Source: Eledone cirrhosa
Lineage: Eukaryota
NCBI GenBank assembly: GCA_964016885.1
Contig: OZ024741.1
Coordinates: forward strand, 135,036,001-135,100,000
Reading direction: 5' to 3'
DNA length: 64,000 nt
Shown: positions 43,701 to 58,544 of the stretch, piece by piece
Layout: the number at the start of each line of letters is the position of its first letter
Numbering within the stretch: the first letter of the stretch is position 1
Notes under the pieces: model-generated
The model's database searches: none
What the model was told of the DNA's origin: nothing
The model's input: only the letters and a program-made list of their open reading frames with translations
Made by a program: the position numbers and the translations under genes

Positions 43701-44917
43701 AAGAGAAAGATGACAAATGTGTTAAGAGAGAGGTGAATATTTGTTCTAATATAAAAGAACTATCCTTATTGACATTTGCCCATAAAAAGGATGTATTTTG
43801 TATATTTAACCGTCAATCGCCACACTAGTTCGCTTGAACGCATTTTTCAATCAAGTTATTATTCACCTACATATCATCAGGCCTTTTGGTATCTGGAATC
43901 GAGAATTCGGCTGTTGTTATATTTATCAATTTTCTAAGAATAATGATGACCAGTTTTTGAAATGAGATAGCTATGAATTTGGAACCGAAGCCGATCGCAG
44001 ATTTGGTTAACTGCCGGTCTATCGTCCTAGTGACAGCTCCTGACATGTTTATAATAAATATAATGAATGTCTTCATTATATCACAGTGTTAATGCCCAAG
44101 AGATTTCCATTAGATATAATCACAATATAATTAGATATTATATATACCAATGGGAAAAATAATTGAATATCAATAAGTATTCGTGAATAAGAGTAAAACA
44201 CAGATTGTATGATTGCGATGAGTTTAGTAGTAGCCCTTTAAGAGTTAGAAGGCATTTGCTATTCCTAGAACACTGTATGTTCCTTTCGAAAACAGAAGAA
44301 CATAGTTCAATAAAAATGGGATGTGTGAGTGTGTTGGACCTTCGTCGCTTCCGACAACGAATGTTCCAGTTGTTTGACCAACGGAACAGCCTGTTCGTGA
44401 AATTGATGAGCAAGTGGCCATGCCTTATGCAGGGCATTCCCCACACCCCATTAACGTAATTCTGAAGGATATCCAGATGACAGTGCGTGAGAAGACTGGC
44501 TCTTCGAATTACAGGTATAACACGTTTTTCTGTTTTTAGTCATAGGAGTGGACTGGGGCAGCGTGAAATAAAATGTCTTGCCAAAAGACAAAATGCCACT
44601 TCGTTAATTCAAACTCACGACTACATGATCGTGATCCGAGCCTACTAACCATTAAGCCACACGGATTCCCAAAAGTTCAATGTAATTGGGAATATAGAAC
44701 AGCGGTATCTTGATTAGTTTGGAAGAGGTTTAACTGTCAAAATATTCACATTAATCAAATATCCTATGTTAGCGTTTTTAATGAAACCCTGGCATTTTGT
44801 TCTTAATCACTCATAGCAAATTATTTATAAATATTCGTAGTAAGCATAGTAATCACCTCGGTTTGTCTTTATATAATATATATTATTAATATATGTTATA
44901 TATATTATATATGTTAT

Positions 44918-44952
<35 letters not shown>

Positions 44953-45184
44953 GAGAGAGAGAGAACGAGAGAGATATAGCTATTGTGTGTCTCACAAATC
45001 ATTAGACCATTTTATATATATCTTTATAATGGTCTAGTGATCTTTAGTACATAATAGGTCGATATACATTAAAAAGACTAACTACATGTAAGCAAAACTT
45101 CATTCATATTTTTAATATATACACTCTGTCTGTGTATTGAGTGTTCATTGTGGTACCACCACCAGTAATTCACTGAATCATATA

Positions 45185-45236
<52 letters not shown>

Positions 45237-45358
45237 TTATATATATATATATAACAAACCATATTGCTGTAGTTAATATTTTTTCACCCTACCAAATTTG
45301 GTCCTTACGATTCGAATACATGTATGTTTATATTAGTATTCATCTCTCTTGTTTATTC

Positions 45359-45434
<76 letters not shown>

Positions 45435-45557
45435 TATCGAGAGAGAGAAAAAAAGGGGAGGATAGGTGATACATATAGTTATTTGCCAAGTAGCGTATGC
45501 GAAAGGTGCTCGATACTATATATATATATATATAAATTTATATATATGTATATATAA

Positions 45558-45635
<78 letters not shown>

Positions 45636-45639
45636 TACC

Positions 45640-45748
45640 ATAACAGATTAAAGTTTAAGCAAAAAATCGCTGCTTTCACCCTTAACGGGATCTTCTATCC
45701 CGTTAAGGGTGAAAGCAGCGATTCTTTGCTTAAACTTTAATCTGTTAT
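45640..45748. repeat. Fold-back hairpin (~52-bp arms, 5-nt loop)
   Basis: ataacagattaaag...cgggat cttct atcccg...ctttaatctgttat. Confidence 0.92.
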
Positions 45749-45843
45749 TTTAATAAATATTTGCTCTATGGTTCTTATATATTTGATATATATTTATCCT
45801 TATCGAGCCCTCTTTGGATTTTAGTCTTCAAATTTATTATTAT

Positions 45844-45886
<43 letters not shown>

Positions 45887-45891
<5 letters not shown>

Positions 45892-45971
45892 AGTCAATCA
45901 ACGCCGTACGTTAAAACTATCCACGACGCAGAGTACTTTAACTGGATTACCTATAACGATAATTTGTTATC

Positions 45972-46035
<64 letters not shown>

Positions 46036-46127
46036 ATATATATATAACAAGTTATCGTCATAGGTAATCCAGCTAAAGTACTCCGCGTCGTGGATAGTTT
46101 TAACGTACGGCGTTGATTGACTCAACA
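45887..46127. repeat. Inverted ~83-bp arms facing across a (TA)n tract
   Basis: 45887-45970 vs 46045-46127. Confidence 0.88.
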
Positions 46128-46192
46128 AGATGTTTTCATAGTTATGTATCGAGTTCGTGGTAATTACTATGTAGGTTATACTTGGCGTAATA

Positions 46193-46521
46193 ATAGTTAA
46201 AGAAAGAAGAGTAACATGGTTGGCTATACAATAAGGGCTTTATTTAAAGTACTGACAATTGTTTCGTTGATCAGATATGTCCAGAGTTCGCTAATCGCTT
46301 GAGGCTGCGTCAATCGTTCTCCAATACAATGTTTACAACTGGTCAACACATCAGAGCACGTAGATATGTGTTGACCAGTTGTAAACAATGTATTGGAGAT
46401 CGATTGACGCAGCCTCAAGCGATTAGCGAACTCTAGACATATCTGATCAACGAAACAATTATCAGTACTTTAAATAAAGCCATTATTGTATAGCCAACCA
46501 TGTTACTCTTCATTCTTTAAC

Positions 46522-46524
<3 letters not shown>
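46193..46524. repeat. Fold-back hairpin, ~160-bp arms, ~14-nt loop
   Basis: Near-perfect reverse complement; carries a GAAACAATTGTC half-HHR. Confidence 0.93.
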
Positions 46525-46602
<78 letters not shown>

Positions 46603-46650
46603 CACCACAGTCGGTGTGATGCCATCGAGAGTGGAGGCAGAGTGTTAATA

Positions 46651-46681
<31 letters not shown>

Positions 46682-47001
46682 CGTTTTTTCTATTGACATA
46701 ATTAGATGGATAAAGCTAAGCAATGTTTGTTTGAGAGAAATCTCGTTCAAACCGAGACAGGATATATTGAAATCTTTTAATTAATTCTTAACCTCCTGTA
46801 CCACATGAGATCTGTACCACAAGCTATTCTTGTAATGTATCAAACAGCTCTTGTCTATGTTACATGAAACAAAATATTTACTGCCACGGTTCATAATCTG
46901 CGTAAACTCTTCAGTTAACATACATATTTAACATTTAACTATCAATGTCCTGTAACACGTATAATTGCATTAGCAAGGCATTTTTGAAAAATATAAAACA
47001 G

Positions 47002-47030
<29 letters not shown>

Positions 47031-47034
<4 letters not shown>

Positions 47035-47606
47035 CAAATTAACACCATTGAACAACCTTGAATCATAGACAACCTATGTATTTCTAGGGGTACCTAGTAT
47101 CCTTGGACATATTAACTTCTACCTTTTTCTCCGTCCGTTGAGAACAAATCTGTTGCTCTACTTGGCTGCTATTTTTTTAGTAGTAATTGTAGACAGCAAG
47201 TCTTTGATTTTCCCGCTTTTACTTCGGTCCAGTTTACATACGGGTCAATTTTACGACCTTTCAGACCTTTATTAGCTGGCAGGAGGTTGTATATTTTGTC
47301 GTTCCTGGGACGTTTAGCCCTAGGAAGGGAAAATGCTTCTCTGATGAGCTTTGGTTTTCCATCATAAATCCATCGGATTTATGAGGTTTTACAAAGCGAA
47401 ACTGATCAGTAAGGGCCACTAGAAGAGGTAAATATTTATATTATATTTTTTAATGTATTTTGAAAAATTGATTGAATTTTACTTGTTCTGCTTATCTTAA
47501 TATTAAAGTTCTGGTGTATCAAATTAACACCATTGAACAACCTTGAATCATAGACAACCTATGTATTTCTAGGGGTACCTAGTATCCCTGGACATATTAA
47601 CTTCTA

Positions 47607-47609
<3 letters not shown>
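47031..47609 (+). mobile_element. Terminally redundant HHR element (unit 485 bp, ~93-bp direct repeats) inside (TA)n
   Basis: Repeats 47031-47123 and 47516-47609; HHR at 47335-47416; related minus-strand copy at ~58385-58650. Confidence 0.85.
47335..47416 (+). ncRNA. Type I hammerhead motif
   Basis: gcttct-CTGATGA-gctttg...caaagc-GAAA-ctgatcag-TA-agggc; inner hairpin tcataaatcc/ggatttatga in stem II. Confidence 0.8.
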
Positions 47610-47696
<87 letters not shown>

Positions 47697-47784
47697 CATA
47701 TGAGCACGCATGCACTTTTGCTCTTTTACTGTTAAGAAGTGTACGCATGAATATGAACCAATACGCACAAATGCGTGTGTGTGA

Positions 47785-47896
<112 letters not shown>

Positions 47897-48099
47897 ATTT
47901 ATTGATATTTTTTATCTGATTGTCCCGAATCTTCTGTTATCGATTTTTTATCGTGTGGTTGATTTTAGACTTGTTCTATGTGTGACGGTATTTTAACGAT
48001 AGTTATAGCTCTGATTTATCTGAATTATTGAGCCCTCTGCCGCTCATTTCAAATTTTGTTTATCGTGAACTCGTGCGCCGATTTTTCGATACTCGATCA

Positions 48100-48132
<33 letters not shown>

Positions 48133-48137
<5 letters not shown>

Positions 48138-48262
48138 AACGAGTAGGACCCCGACAGCTGAGCTCAAGCCGTTTCGACGGCTAATTGTGGACTCAAATTT
48201 TAGTCCAGAATTAGCCATCGAAACGGCTTGAGCTCAGCCGCCGGGGTCCTACTCGTTCCTAT
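48133..48262. repeat. Fold-back hairpin, ~60-bp arms
   Basis: ataggaacgagtaggacccc...ggact caaatttt agtcc...ggggtcctactcgttcctat. Confidence 0.92.
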
Positions 48263-48337
48263 TACCCACTCTACTCCCCTAAGTATTGAGTACTTTGGTG
48301 CGTTATGGTCCATCTGGTTCCTTACCACATTTCCTTC

Positions 48338-48426
<89 letters not shown>

Positions 48427-49124
48427 ATATATATATATATATGTATGTATATATATATATATATATGTCAGGTCACGAGTTGGTGCTACTGGTAACATGT
48501 ATCCCAGTACAACCTGTCTCATGGTCGGCTCGTTGGCGACTAAACTGGCAACCCCACCAAGGTTTCTTGGTGAGGAGGGTGACTTTGGACATCCTGCAGG
48601 ACTAAAAACAAAACCTGTCAAAGGGAAAAGGAGCTCTTAAGAGTCAATGGCCATCCAAAATCACCGGGAGAGATGACCCTTAGCCTTTGTCAAGGCAGAA
48701 TTCTAGGAGAAGGAAAACTCTGATATAACACCTGCAACTCTGATGGTATCCAATGATGTTGACTTGTTCTTCTTTTTGGTAAATATCATCTTGGTTAAGA
48801 GCGTGGGACTGGCTTTGTTTAGTGCCTTTGCTCACTATAAAAGCTTCACGGCACAGGCATTGCTTTATATCTGGAGATCTCTCTGCACTTGTCGTCACAT
48901 GGTACCATGGGCCCAGCACTATGTGTCAATAATTGTCACAAGTGTAGTGTTTGTACCAGAGTTTTCAAGTCGCTGGCTAGACTAAAAAGTCACACTCGTT
49001 CAACGTATCGGTAGGGGTTCTCCTACATGGATATAAAGTAGTGGCCGTACTCGAAAACGAGTTGGCAGCCACCATATATATATATATATGCATGTATATA
49101 TATATATATATATGTATATATATA

Positions 49125-49310
49125 AACGGAAAAATGAAACGAAATTTCATTTCCCACTCTAGTACGGCTGTTACTTAAATATAAGTATGTACACGTACAT
49201 ACATATATGTATACAGACGTACAGTAGTATGTATATATATATATACATACATGCACACATATATATATGTACGTGTGGATTCACTGAACATTTATTATAA
49301 TGCTCGGTGT
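49125..49310 (-). mobile_element. Partial copy of the 41.4-kb terminally redundant element family
   Basis: Reverse complement matches 41775-41965 (ccgagcattataataaatgttc...catactactgtacgtctgtatac...gaaatttcgtttcatt). Confidence 0.8.
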
Positions 49311-49313
49311 GTT

Positions 49314-49345
<32 letters not shown>

Positions 49346-49389
49346 GTATATATATGTATATATATGCATATATATACATATATATATAC

Positions 49390-49479
<90 letters not shown>

Positions 49480-49606
49480 GCATATATATACATATATATA
49501 TATAAATGTATATATATATATATGTATACATATATATATATATATACATATATATATGTATATACATACATAAATACATACATACATACATACATACATA
49601 CATACA

Positions 49607-49642
<36 letters not shown>

Positions 49643-49700
49643 TATATACATATATATATGTATATACATACATAAATACATACATACATACATACATACA

Positions 49701-49736
<36 letters not shown>

Positions 49737-49812
49737 TATATATACATATATATATGTATATACATACATAAATACATATCTACATACATACATACATACA
49801 TACATACATACA

Positions 49813-49899
<87 letters not shown>

Positions 49900-50461
49900 C
49901 CCCTACTAATGTATGAATATGCATGCACACGCCTGCATAGATATGCGCTAATAATTCCGAACATTTGAAGCTATTGAGCTGATATTCCGGTAATTAAATA
50001 GTTTTCCAATCAATAGGTACCTTCAAGGATAAACAGTTTGTAAATGGCAATTGTAGACAGAATTCGTCCATCTCATCATCTCACTCTTCAGCTGCACAGT
50101 TTATCGTTTATTACTGCAATTTTAGCTTCATATATAAACCAGATCATCTCTCACTAATATATCGATGTTAGTCATTTGAGCTTCTAACTGGTTATATATC
50201 TTCTATAACACATGGCTCTTTATCAGGGGTCTCTGGAACACAAGGCGCTCATGATTTAAGCTCAACATTTCAAGTAATCCGTGAAAAGCATAATCCATCC
50301 ATAAAGTAGTGACTGGTGTAATAATAGAGGCGCCATTGTGGTACACAGTGTGACTTGGGGTATTTTAAACTTGATAGAGTCCACTCCTTCCGTTCCAAGT
50401 TTGATCATAGTCGATTACGAGATAGAGGTAGATAGATAGATAGAGATAGATAGAGAGAGAT

Positions 50462-50514
<53 letters not shown>

Positions 50515-50581
50515 GTAGAGAGAAAAGAGAGATAGAGATAGAGAGAGAGAAACAGAGAGAGAGAGTAGAGATTGAGAGAGT

Positions 50582-50614
<33 letters not shown>

Positions 50615-51141
50615 GGAGGGAGAGAGACACGTCCCAGTACTTGAGTGCTACATTATTTTATTGATCTCGATAGGATGAAAGGCAATGTTGAGGTCGGTTG
50701 TATTTGAAACCAGGCTGTTTCTTTGATCAAACAACTGGAACACGAATCGTCGAAAGGGACGGGTGTCCGTTTGAAAGGTTGGGAACCCAGTGCTCTACAA
50801 ACACTATTTTTCTCTTTATCGATACATAACCGAATTTCATTTGGAAACAATCAATAATTATAGATATCAAACGTCCCCCCAGTCTGCATCTTTCTATGTA
50901 ATCATCATTTAATTATCGTCTAGTTATCAATTCCGTTATAATGTATTTATCGATTCTATCATGTATAATTACATTATTCAAGTGCAAATGTTTCTTTAAG
51001 TTGATACAAATGCTTGTGGAAGTTAAAATTTATTTATCTATTTATCTATCTATCTAATTATTATTATTATTATTACTTTTCTTCTTCTTCGTCTTCGTCT
51101 TCTTCTTCTGATGATGATGATGGTGGTGGTGGTGGTGGTGG

Positions 51142-51180
<39 letters not shown>

Positions 51181-51327
51181 AATTTTTGTTTATTTTTCTT
51201 TGTATAGCACACCTTTTTAATTTTTCAAATCTTGCAAGTGAATATCAATAATTTCTGTTACTTGAAGGTCTATTGATTTGTTTGCAGCTAGATTTACATT
51301 CAATTGTGTGCAGCTAGTGTGTGACAT

Positions 51328-51376
51328 GCACACACACACACAGACAGACAGACAGACACACACACATACACACACA

Positions 51377-51446
<70 letters not shown>

Positions 51447-51478
51447 GACAGACACACACAGACACACACACAAACACA

Positions 51479-51510
<32 letters not shown>

Positions 51511-51705
51511 GACAGACACACACACAGACACACACACAGACACACACACAAACACACACACACAAACACACACATACGGACACGCACACACAAGCACATA
51601 CATAGACACAAACACACACAGACACAAACACACACACATACACACACATGGACACACACACCCAGACACACACACATAGACACACACACATTGACACTTA
51701 CACAG

Positions 51706-51738
<33 letters not shown>

Positions 51739-52105
51739 CACACACACACATTGACACATACACAGACACACACACATACACACACGCAGACACACACACA
51801 CACAGACAGACACACACACACATACACACACACAGACACACACACAAACACACACACACACACAAACACACACATATACACACACCCAGACACACACACA
51901 AACACAAACACACACACACACAGACACACACTGAGAGATACGCACTTTTTATGTGTATGTGTATTGGACCTCAATGTTTGTGTGTATCTGTTGGACCTCA
52001 GTACGCATGTGTGTGCGTGTGTGTGTGTATGCGTTGGACCTGTGTGTGTGTGTGTGTATGTATATGTGTTGGACCTGTGTGTGTGTGTGTGTGTGCGTGT
52101 GTGTG
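51328..52105. repeat. Long imperfect (CA)n/(TG)n tract
   Basis: Direct reading. Confidence 0.95.
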
Positions 52106-53440
52106 TCGGTTCCGAAAATATTCGTTCCTATTGTCCGCATAAAATGAACAGCCTGCTCGCTAAATTAACGTGGTAGTGGCACTTCATTTCATAGACATTT
52201 CATTTCTATATACTTTTAGCACAATTCTCAGGGAGATTCAATCTAACAGTGTGTGATAAGGCTGGCCCTTTGAATTAAAGGTACAGTCCGGCAGTATCAG
52301 TAAAGGGTTGGACGCCATGCTTTGCAGCATAGAGTTACGTCCCTTTACGGCCTTAGTTCAAATCCCGCCGAGGTTAACTTTGCCTTTCATCCTTACGGGG
52401 TCGATAAAATAAAGTACCAGTAATACACTGGGATAATTGCTGGCCTTGTGCCAAAAGAAGAAATAATTAATTATAGTGTATCTGAGTAATAGCACTCTAG
52501 AGATACGTATACTATTTATGTAGTTCTGAGGGAGGTCCAGCGTGATACAGTGTGTGATAAGGCTGGTCCTTTGAATTACAGGTGAAGTCCATCTCATATT
52601 AATTAGGGCAGGGGATTGGCAGTATCGGTAGCACCCTAGGGATACATGTACCATTAACGTAGTTCTCAGGAAGACTCAGCCAAACAGGGCGGATCCTTTG
52701 AACTAGAGGAACAACCGATTTTTCCACAGAGTGAACTGGAGCAAGTCTCTTGCTCAAGGAAGCAATGTGCTACCGAGAAACGAACTCACTATCTTACTAT
52801 CGTGTGCCGATTACCCTAACCACTAAGCTGAGCGCCTTCACAATCATGTACGTACTTAGGTTGGAACACTCACACACGCAGTCATGCACGCACACACTCA
52901 CTCACGCACGCATGCACGCATGCGCACAGTCGCTCGAAAGCACGCGCAGTCGCACGTACGCACGCACACAGCTGCACGCACACAGTCATTCGCACGCACG
53001 CGTACAGTCACACGCGCGCACGCACACAGTCCTACACGCATACAGACACTGTCGCACGCACACACACACAGTAGCATGCATGCACACAGTCACACGCACG
53101 CACAGACAGACATATACAGACAGACATATAGCAACACACATTAATACTTAACTATGTCTTCCCAGGTAGTTGACCGTCAGTTTCTAAGGACTCACAGGAT
53201 GCCATCAGCCATTAACCATTGCTTTATTGAGAATTTAATAATTGAATACTTTTGTTTTCTTCAAGAGTATCAAGAGCCAGGGAGTCTGGTGGAACAGATT
53301 GCTCTCATTGTTACACTATAGAGAGGATATTAGAGATAAATGGACCTACATCAGTTTCGACGATGTGTGTTCTATGTTTTGGTTAACGGAACAGCATGCT
53401 TATAAAATTAACGTGCAGGTGACCAAGCATTTTACAGGCA

Positions 53441-53835
53441 GGTGCAATCTGTTATACACTCTATATCTATAGAGATATAACTTTATCATGCACTTCGGCT
53501 GCTAGTACACTTCTTAATATATGTCGCAATTAATTACCAACGGGAGCACTAATTATATGCAAATTAGTACGTCCATTTCTGAATAGTACTAAGAGCAAAG
53601 GAGGTATATATGCGCATCTTGTGCATATTTGTTTCTGGTTTATTGGATGATATACACACCTTCTGATAAGAGTCTAATTAAATCCGAAAATCGATTAAAG
53701 GTATTTGTCATCTTTTGAATTCTGGTATGTTTACATACCTACATACTAGATATGTGTATATATTTATACGCGTTGGTGCAGTCTCTGTTACACACTCTGT
53801 ATTTATACAGATATAACTTACTCATGCACTTCGGC
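53441..53835 (+). mobile_element. Older terminally redundant HHR element (unit ~336 bp, ~60-bp diverged direct repeats)
   Basis: Repeats 53441-53499 and 53775-53835; degenerate HHR at 53658-53702. Confidence 0.72.
53658..53702 (+). ncRNA. Degenerate hammerhead motif (core CUGAUAA)
   Basis: acctt-CTGATAA-...-GAAA-atcgat-TA-aaggt; perfect stem I and palindromic stem III, but mutated core and stem II. Confidence 0.65.
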
Positions 53836-53852
53836 ATTTATGGGTAAGTAGT

Positions 53853-53910
53853 GAGTCTTGTTCCTCTGGAGTTTCAGCTGCGCGCACACAGGGTCATCAG
53901 ACAAGTACTC
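53853..53910 (-). ncRNA. Hammerhead motif with mutated cleavage triplet
   Basis: Minus strand gagtacttgt-CTGATGA-cc ctgtg tgcg cgcag ct-GAAA-ctc ca gag-GA-acaagactc. Confidence 0.65.
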
Positions 53911-53934
53911 TTTTCTCTCGTCCGTCAACTACAT

Positions 53935-53983
<49 letters not shown>

Positions 53984-54186
53984 CTTGACCGACCAGTCTG
54001 TGCTGTTTTAGCCATAAGATAACGCCATCCCACTGGCTGGGCGGGCAGGCCGGTAATCATTTCTACAGCTGAGTAAACTGGAGCAACGTGAAATAAAGTG
54101 TCTTGCTCAAGGAAACAACACATCACCCGGTCCGAGAATTGAACTCACAACCTTTCGATTGCAAGCCAACCACTAAGTCATGCACC

Positions 54187-54289
<103 letters not shown>

Positions 54290-54650
54290 TCCCACTGCAA
54301 CTATACCTATAAGCTACCTCCCTACCCTACCTTGGTTACAGCTCCTAGTGGGATTCTTGGCTGTCCAAGGAGTTACCTCCCCTGAAACCCATCTCTATAC
54401 AATAAGATAGTTTTCCTTCAAGAAGCCATTTTGGTATGTGATAGGCAGCAGTGCTTACTTTCAGCCTCGACAGACATCTAATGTTTATTTATACCATACA
54501 CATGAAATTCTCCAGTGCCAAGGTGCCCCATCTAGGGAGTTGCTAATCTGAGGATTCTTTACGGACACGTAACCCTCCCATTTTATTTTTATTTCATTTT
54601 TATTTTTATATTTGCTTTATATATAGTAATAATCTCATTATCTTTCCCCA

Positions 54651-54775
54651 AGTTCCGAAGATCTGCTCCATAATATTATTATATGTTACTTATATTTCTC
54701 TGCCCCAAATCAATAACTTTCTTACCATCGATTGATCCAGAAACATTATATGGAGTAGTGAAACAATTGTAAACT
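54651..54775 (+). ncRNA. Type I hammerhead motif, core CCGAAGA, 98-nt stem II
   Basis: agtt-CCGAAGA-t ctgctccata...tatggagtag t-GAAA-caattg-TA-aact, within a non-coding segment (54290-54882) bounded by (TA)n. Confidence 0.72.
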
Positions 54776-54878
54776 GACATTACTATCCCCTTTCTATATT
54801 AAACTGCACTTAATGTATGTTCATACTCTGTGACTAATGTCTTCTATCTGAATTTGTCGTCTTGATTTGCTTAACTAC

Positions 54879-54966
<88 letters not shown>

Positions 54967-54984
54967 CACAGAGAGACAGAGAGA

Positions 54985-55837
<853 letters not shown>

Positions 55838-55858
55838 TAAACAGATATATACACAGAT

Positions 55859-55936
<78 letters not shown>

Positions 55937-56549
55937 ATATATAGGTTAACCTACACCATGTTTATTTCACCTTAATGCCATAATGCGTCCCCCAAATCAT
56001 GTTGAAAACCAAAAGTCAGTCCCACCATCTCGATCAAATAAATAACAATCTAGAAAATTGCCATCGACTTTCTAATAAACATTGTCGCATGGTTTTCAAC
56101 CAGTTTACAGCCAAAACAAGCTCACAATTACACCCAATCTTCTTTGTGTCGTGATGTTCTAAAGCACATAGATAAAGGATGCTCGCAAACATACAGAACG
56201 TACAGTGAAACAGATTCTTTATAAGAATGTTATCTATTTTTTATGTTATTTTGTACGTATATATCTTTATATTTCATCTTTTATTTTTGACTATAATCTA
56301 TTGTTAATGACGTCATCTATGGTACATTATTCTTCCTCTATACACACATTGACTACGATTTCTAAATAAACATGGTCTCGTTGTGCTTGTTTTGTTTTGC
56401 CTAGCTTGTCTGATTATCGCAGACACTATTGTTGTCATGTTAGCAATGTAACAACAAAGAGAATGAGAACTATTGGTGGCACACCGATCGATTCTTTGAC
56501 ATCGAATATTTCACCCTACCCGCTTTATTCATAACACGTTTGTTTCACA

Positions 56550-56771
56550 TACTCTTTTATTCTTTTACTGGTCTCAGTCATTAGACTGCGGCCATTCTGG
56601 GGCACTGTCTCTAAGGGGTTTTATATCTATCCTAGTACTTATTTTTTGAAGCCTGGTACTTAATTTGTATCTTTTTTTTTTCGAATCGCCAAGTTAAGAG
56701 ACACATCCGCAGACACGTTCTAAAAAGTAAACACACGCACACACACACACACATACACACGCACACACACG

Positions 56772-56861
<90 letters not shown>

Positions 56862-57012
56862 AAGAATCTGTAGTTACCATCTAGAAAATTCCACTCACAA
56901 GACTATGGTCATCGGAGACTATAGTAAAAGACTCTTGTCAAAAGTGCTGCACAGTAGGTTTGAATGCTGACCCCTATGGTTGTGACGCAAACTCCATACA
57001 TCCGCAGCCAAG
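56550..57012 (-). mobile_element. Third SINE family spanning a (CA)n tract (fragments also at ~9185-9300, 17150-17255, 40690-40800)
   Basis: Recurrent segments cagtcattagactgcggcca and tatagtaaaagactcttgtcaaaagtg. Confidence 0.55.
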
Positions 57013-57262
57013 TGTTGTGTGTGTGTATGTGAATGGATGCAATAACCAAGTATCAACTAGATCGAAGAAGAAAGTAGGACTAATTACAGATATGTACTGA
57101 CAGTACATCAGTATAGTTTATACGACGCATTGTAAGATATATGGTAAGGATTGAATTTTGAAAAAAAAAACAAAAACGAGATGTACCTAGATGTACGTAA
57201 AGGCAAATATAGGGGAATACAGGTAGTTGGAGGAAAATACAGAAGTATGTATATATATATAT

Positions 57263-57845
57263 ACTAATGAAGGACTATTTTTATCATATGTAACCCATGT
57301 GCAACCACGCAGTATTCATTCTTCTCATGTTTTTTAGATATATTTTCCCCAACTGCGTTTGTCTGTTTCTCTCTTACTGCTTCCCCCCTCTCTCTGTTTC
57401 TCTCACCTTCTTTCGCCCCCTCTGTCAGTTACACTTTCTCTCGACTGGCCTCTTCCTCGCACTTCCACTCACTCACTCTCTGCTTCTCCCCTTCTCACTT
57501 CCTCCCGTTTGGCCTGAAGTGGGGTCCTTTCTTGCTCACACCTCACTCGCGTCGCACGGTCTGTTGTCTCTCGCCCATGAAATCCACACAGCTTAAGCTG
57601 ATCGGACTCCCATGTGCTTGTTTGTTCCTATCTTTGCGTTTCTATCCTTCTATGTTTGTTTACTTGTCTCGCTCGCTTTACGCGATTTACTTGTCCCAAT
57701 AGCTTTATTTAGCTATTGCTCGCACCAACTGGAGGTATATGATTTTTAAAGCGATGAAATACCAATGAAGGTTGGAAAATCACTGATGAAGGACTATTTT
57801 TATCATATGTAACCCATGTGCAACCACGCAGTATTCATTCTTCTC

Positions 57846-57852
<7 letters not shown>
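57263..57852 (+). mobile_element. Terminally redundant element (unit 519 bp, ~70-bp repeats) of the 32-kb family, inside (TA)n
   Basis: Repeats 57263-57333 and 57782-57852; shares gctcgcaccaac...ggttgg...cactgatga...catatgtaaccca with the reverse complement of 32200-32310. Confidence 0.8.
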
Positions 57853-57894
<42 letters not shown>

Positions 57895-58049
57895 AGGTTA
57901 TGCAAGAAATGCTTAGGATTATCCTGAATGCAGTAATGATTAATTACTACACTAGATAGAGTCGACGTACGGTGAGGGGTTACTCAACGAGTTATGGAAG
58001 AATAGTTGGAAAAACTCAGTTTCTGATCCTTCTGTATTCCGGAGTGTAG

Positions 58050-58354
58050 ATAAAGAATGAATAATAACAGGAAGACATCATAAAGAGATAATTTATTCCG
58101 AGTGCTTACAAATGCTTCAAATGAAGTTATACAGCCTAGTCATGCTATGTGCAAATTGGTGATTATTTGATTGCAGAAACTCAATTTTCAAATGCTGCAA
58201 CTACCTTTTCCTCAGAGCACCGTTTCCCGCGACTACCGTTTCCTACCGTTTGCACATAGCATGTCTAGGCTGTATAACTACTGTTGAAACATTTGTAAGC
58301 ACTCGGAATAAATTACCTTTTTATGATGTCTACCTGTTATTATTCATTCTTTAT
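58050..58354. repeat. Inverted repeat, arms 58050-58155 and 58249-58354
   Basis: Direct reverse-complement match with a few mismatches. Confidence 0.88.
58102..58220 (-). ncRNA. Hammerhead motif with 90-nt stem II (GAAA mutated to GAAG in this arm)
   Basis: Minus strand gtgct-CTGAGGA-aaaggtagttgcagc...gctgtataacttcattt-GAAG-catttg-TA-agcac; the inverted arm at ~58287 keeps GAAACATTTGTA. Confidence 0.65.
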
Positions 58355-58465
58355 ATCTTTATATATATATATATATATATATAATTGAGATGAGCGGAAC
58401 AGGTAAACATTAAACAATCTTTTAAATAAATTAAAATACGATTTAAATATTCACCTATCCAAAAT

Positions 58466-58544
58466 GCTTTTACCGACGGTTTCGCCTCACAAAAGATTGG
58501 AAATCCAAAGGATTTCAATGGAAAAGATCGGCTCCTCAGAAAGC
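58466..58544 (-). ncRNA. Type I hammerhead ribozyme (same family as 47335)
   Basis: Minus strand gcttt-CTGAGGA-gcc...ggc-GAAA-ccg t cgg-TA-aaagc. Confidence 0.87.

Noticed and set aside
49171-49968. Long ORFs of YI/HT/CV repeats (also 7059-7538, 51217-52176, 60502-61012)
   Set aside because: Translations of (TA)n, (CA)n and (TACA)n microsatellites
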